Source: Paraphysomonas bandaiensis (lineage: Eukaryota; Protista; Chrysophyceae). From it: a stretch of 64,000 nt of DNA. The notes under the pieces were generated by a model. It searched no databases, was not told where the DNA came from, and was given only the letters and a program-made list of their open reading frames with translations. The position numbers were made by a program, and so were the translations under genes. Below, in pieces: positions 59,134 through 64,000 of the stretch. The stretch lies in contig CBFFRP010000376.1 in assembly GCA_965644295.1 (NCBI GenBank), positions 62,001 through 126,000 of the forward strand, in the 5' to 3' direction. Positions within the stretch are counted from its first letter, which is position 1. Each line of letters starts with the position of its first letter.

Positions 59134-62100
59134 CTATAAAGTGGATTCACTTCCAGGAGAATCAACACAATCTTCAGTTGCTACGGTGAATTCTTCCGAC
59201 TTTGTGAATTGAGACGGGTAGAAGTAGTGCATCCATCGATCTGATTTAAAGTTAATAGATTCATAAGTATTTAGAATTCGCACTTTGTGTACCTTTGTTA
59301 TTTATCAAATACTGCTCCCCTGGTAGTAGTGAGTTTTCAGTGTTAGAATTCGAAACTTCCCCACTGCTGTCCTGTTGGATATCCTTCTCATCCACACTCA
59401 CCTACGTAATAATAAATAATTAGTTAGCATTGTTCACTGAAGCGCAATATGTGTACAGTGGATATCAAAACGGCCTTCAAGTTCTCACCAAATTCAATAA
59501 GGCTTTGCGCATTGCTACAACAGACTCACACCCACGGAGTCCTTTTCCCTCTCCTGAGTAGTAAGTGAACGACAAAACTCCTTTTTTTGCCATGCCATCA
59601 TCTGAACCCATATAAATATCAATTCCAATTCTCAATTTGTACATATCCATACAAATAGTTTTGCTTCGCATTATCCATTATATCTACTGCACAGCACGGT
59701 GAATAAGTACCTGTTAACCATCCCTGAGACACAGTCCATCCAGGATGCGGATCCATGCTTCTGTCCCATCTAAACTTCGGTGCTACAATATACATAATTA
59801 GCGAAGGTATATGTAGAATAAATAGGACATACATAATATATTGTCCCCAGGTTCCACCACAGCAAGGGCAACCAGTGTTTTCGCCACAAGCCGCTCTTCA
59901 TAGTTTGACATTGAAAGCTCATATCCACCCTGTGCATTTCATTGGCAAATTACACGATATAGAGATGTTACAAATCTCACCTCAGGCTTCATGGGGTTGT
60001 AAATATTTAGCCTATAACGACAACAAGAAGCACTTAGTTAGCAACTACAAATGGAATCATGTAAACTAACACACACATATCACGTACCATCCAATTCTAC
60101 AGTACACGCATCCGACCTCTTCCGCAGTAAGTTCTCGTAATACTAGCTGGACACACACCATTCAGCGCCAGAAATATATCACTCTAGAAATCTAAAACCG
60201 TTACCTCAATATTGTGCAAATCAACCACTCTGGAGTAAAGAGATACAACTAGCTCCACCTGCAAAGTGGAACCGCATTACACATACATCTCATGTTCAAA
60301 ATGAAGCAGTGTACATACTCTGTATGTGCCATGATAAGGTGTTTTTTTCGCCCTTCCAACAGTAAAGAAGTGTACTAGACAAGCCAAATGCCTATACCAA
60401 ATTGTAATGTGTAAAATTTCACGTTTTACTACCAACTAACCTCGCCAGTATCCAGTAGTCGCCAATGATATCACAACAGTGATCAATAATTCGAACTGAT
60501 TTCGATTGATCACTTGCTATTGAAGAGGCTCTGCATTCACACAAAGTGAGAGGTATAACATATATAGCTCTTCGCCTTACATTAATAGCTGTAACCGTTT
60601 TCTTGTATTAGCCTTAACATGACATCATGACGACAAGTACGCGTTGTTCAAAACAAATGGTTACCTGCTCATCGGCTCTTTTATCAACCTTGCTATTGCT
60701 GTGATGCTGAGCATATACGATTAAAAATAACAAACGTTTACGATAAATTATGAATATCTAACCAGTACTCGTTTGGTCGATCCCTCGCCAAGCATTCTCC
60801 CAAGTCCATGGCGTTTCCTGAGAGAAAACCCCATTTATATTACACTGCAATTTATCATACACCTACCTGGCAGGAACGGCAGAAAAGGCATCGTTCTCTA
60901 AATCAAGAACAGAGCTAATTCAACTGTTATAAGCAGAGCCATTAACACATCATATTCCCCTTACTCTTTTCTAGGTTTGCTCTACAAGAAACACACTTTA
61001 ATCATTCATTTCAACACCTCTATTTTCTACGAACCTGGGGAGTTGGAGGGTTGAGGTCAATTCTAACTTCTTCATTGGCCACACTCTAAAAAACAATCAT
61101 GGTAACTCTTACTCTCCAAATTACAACCTCTTACGCAGTCAACAAAAATACACTAAAATTTGATGCAATACTTACGTCACAAGTATCCTCCCACCGTCTA
61201 CTGAGGTTACTATAAAAACGATATGAAGCTTTTCCACTGGCCTCAGCCCGACTCTGAGAAGGGGTATAGACTACATTGCCGCAACCATCATTAGATGTAT
61301 GAGCTTCTTCTCTAAGCTTAGTCAAAAATGCCATATTCTCATCAATATCGTCTCTTGTACGCAGGCACAAATTGCACAAAACCTACACCATTAAAACAAT
61401 GAGAAAACAGCGCATTACAACAATATATACTACCTTTGAGCATTTAACGTCACTAAGAACTGTCTGTTCATTAGCTGGTCGAATTAGGGTTATTCCACTG
61501 AAATCAAACTCCAATTTCCCAGACTGAAACCGGAAATTACATAGAAACAAAAAAAAATAGCTTACCGTGGGTATGGGTGTAAATGACGTAATGCCAATTT
61601 CTGTAGGTTTGCCATTAAATCTATGAAAAAGAATCATACCATACAAAATATAAATTTAGGAGTAAACCTCTCGTTTCTAAAGCAGGACCAATTCTTCTTT
61701 TGACTGACATCCCCTATCTTTCCTATTCCCAGCTTGCTGGCGACCATCCGTTTAGAATTCAGAGTTGTGCTGAGTTCTATTAGTTTTGACAAACATTGCC
61801 TAAAAACATTAACTAAGCTATGACATTTGACTTCACAAAATTGTATACCTATCATTTTCCTTCGCAAGATTTAAGCAGTAGTAGCCATTAGGTAGACCAT
61901 ATATGGGCCTACAATTGGGTATACAGTTTCACTCACATCACGACATTGTAAATAAATGCACTGTTTACCTCATAATTAATCCGAGAGATTGTTTAACACG
62001 CCCAATCTAATAAGTACTTCATTATGCATGAGATGATATGTCAACATGACTCACTAGTAAAGAATCATCAAAAGTAACCTTGGATACTAATATTCGTGCT

Positions 62101-64000
62101 TCAGTAGATATCAGCATCTGCATACAACGGTCAAGCTCTATTCCAGTATCATAACAGCATAGTTACTAACATGAGGTAAAAGCATAGATAGTGCTCGCGC
62201 TTTGTCACCAAGATTAAGATACATTTTGTCATAGAATGCCACTGCTTCTTTTAGCCTCAACTATCACAACTAGTGAGCACAGTAAAAATTCTTCGGTGTC
62301 CCCTACCATAGAGTTTTGGAAAGCATAAGCACACATAGTAGCAACATCCTGAGTAAAATATATTAATTTCGACCAAAAGTGTTGTAAGTATTTACCCCCA
62401 TATCCTTCGCAATTTCTGACGAGACACCCTCATTGTCAGTCGTCAAAACACTAAAGTTTTCTTTTTTGACAAAGCTGTCAATAACCTATCGGCATTGAGA
62501 AATTTTCCAGCAATTTTTGCATCAGCAATACCTCAATTTCGATAATTCCAGAACGCGGAGGAACATAGCGCGTTTCCATATCAGAAGCTTGGACCATAGC
62601 TGTAATAAGAGCAAAGAAGAATTAGCTGACGATAATTTTACAACTGACAGTGAAATACCATGCGACACTGTCATATCCCGTATTCGCGAAACAGCTTCAA
62701 CATACTGCAATTTAACGAAGCTGAGGAATTCTGCAAGTTCAATGGTTCCACCCCCGTCCATATCGTACAGCGACATAACGTCATTCAACTGAGCTTCCTC
62801 GATCTCGATGCCAATCCCATCCAGAACTTCTGCGAATTCTGCATGAATATGTATTAACCTCCATCAATTCATGATATATTAAATTTGTGTGCTTCGTTAT
62901 TTTAGATAATGTCAGCAGAAAAAAAGAGTACCGCTTTTATCCAGCTCTCCGGATCCGTCAGAATCGAACTTATCAAACATATTTCGCACAAGCTCAACAT
63001 TGTCAGCACAATCTCGTAACTGATACAAATTCTCCAAAATCTATGTCAGTGACACCAATAAATATACGAAGCCGGCGCATCATTTCACATACCACACGTT
63101 GCTTATCATCCAGGTACTCTTCCACATCGTTTAACATCGTCTGTACAGGTTTAAACAATTAATTTCAATGAGAACTTATTTACCTGCACCAGTTTAAGGT
63201 TGATCGGCTTTGAGGTCTTCGTGTGTTGCAATTGAGCCTTTGATATTACTAGCGTAGGGTGGTTTGCCACAATATTCAATAGTTTAAGCATCACAGATCT
63301 ATCGTACGGTAGGGACATGTCTAGAGAGTACTTCTTGCACGGAGAATTTTGGTCGAACCAAAATTTTGGATCCCGGAGCGAAGTGTTGCATCGAGCCGCA
63401 GATAGTTTAACTCGACTCCCGACAACAGTTGGGACATTCATAACAGCGCGTGCACCCTGCTCGCCTATAGGGTTCTCATCTAAACTCACCGATCGAAGTG
63501 CCAAATTTTGCTCTATTCCAACGCAAATAACAAAACAAGCCGTGGAATCAATGCTGTTGCTGACCAACAGAAGTGTGCGTAGAGAACGGTTATCTATCAA
63601 AGACACACCTAACGCCTGGCCTCCCTCGTGACCAAGTGCATTGAATGACAAGTCCAGATAAGTCAGAGACTTATTGCTAGCCAAAGACCTTGCGAACTCC
63701 AACCCACTATCTAGCCGAATCATATTCCAGGAAAGCTTGAGTTCCTGGAGAGAACAGTCTTCAGAACGGAGCAATGCTGCTAACGACTCGGCCGCAGTGA
63801 TGACATGGGGCTGCACTGTGTTGAGTGTCTCGGCATGCCCAATCTTGTTTTTGGAGAGATCAAGAGACTTTAATACAGAATTTCCGACTAAACAATTGAT
63901 GAATCTGGATCCCTCGAAGTCATCTACATCCGCCTTGCGGAGCACAAGTTTTACCAAAGTACAGGGCCGCTTGGACAGCAGGAACGACATCGCATCAGCA
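59134..64000 (-). CDS. Large RI-type leucine-rich repeat plus EF-hand protein, multi-exon, 5' part outside the window
   Basis: LxxLxLSxN repeats (63151-63990), YSLDMSLPYDR, EF loop DMDGGGTIELAE, later exons RLGWLNIY.PMKPE, EPGDN, GVLSFTYYSG. Confidence 0.85.

Overview
Eukaryotic nuclear DNA from an intron-rich, probably flagellated protist. A stramenopile/ochrophyte is inferred from gene content, short GT-AG introns and the 5S sequence. About 20 protein genes are supported: class III cyclase (partial), GT15, GT31, CocE/NonD hydrolase, six-EF-hand protein, RlmN-like radical SAM enzyme, HPAT/SERGT-like glycosyltransferase, PAS hybrid histidine kinase, nodulin-like MFS, TIM50, DUF952, FANCE-like, RCC1-like repeat membrane protein, PhyH dioxygenase, CEP41, GBA2, CEP162, an unknown secreted protein, an apparently broken single-domain cation channel and an LRR/EF-hand gene (partial). 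There is also one intact 5S rRNA gene. Most genes form tight head-to-head pairs, and four of the divergent spacers share a quasi-palindromic motif. The main finding is a dispersed ~0.5-kb non-autonomous retroposon (8 copies or fragments). Its 5' end, fixed by an 11-bp target-site duplication, begins with CCC and folds by eye into an HDV-like ribozyme resembling the trypanosomatid L1Tc/ingi Pr77 head. Its 3' tail is shared with a 5'-truncated LINE fragment in the same window. All homology calls come from motif recognition; no database search or folding program was run.
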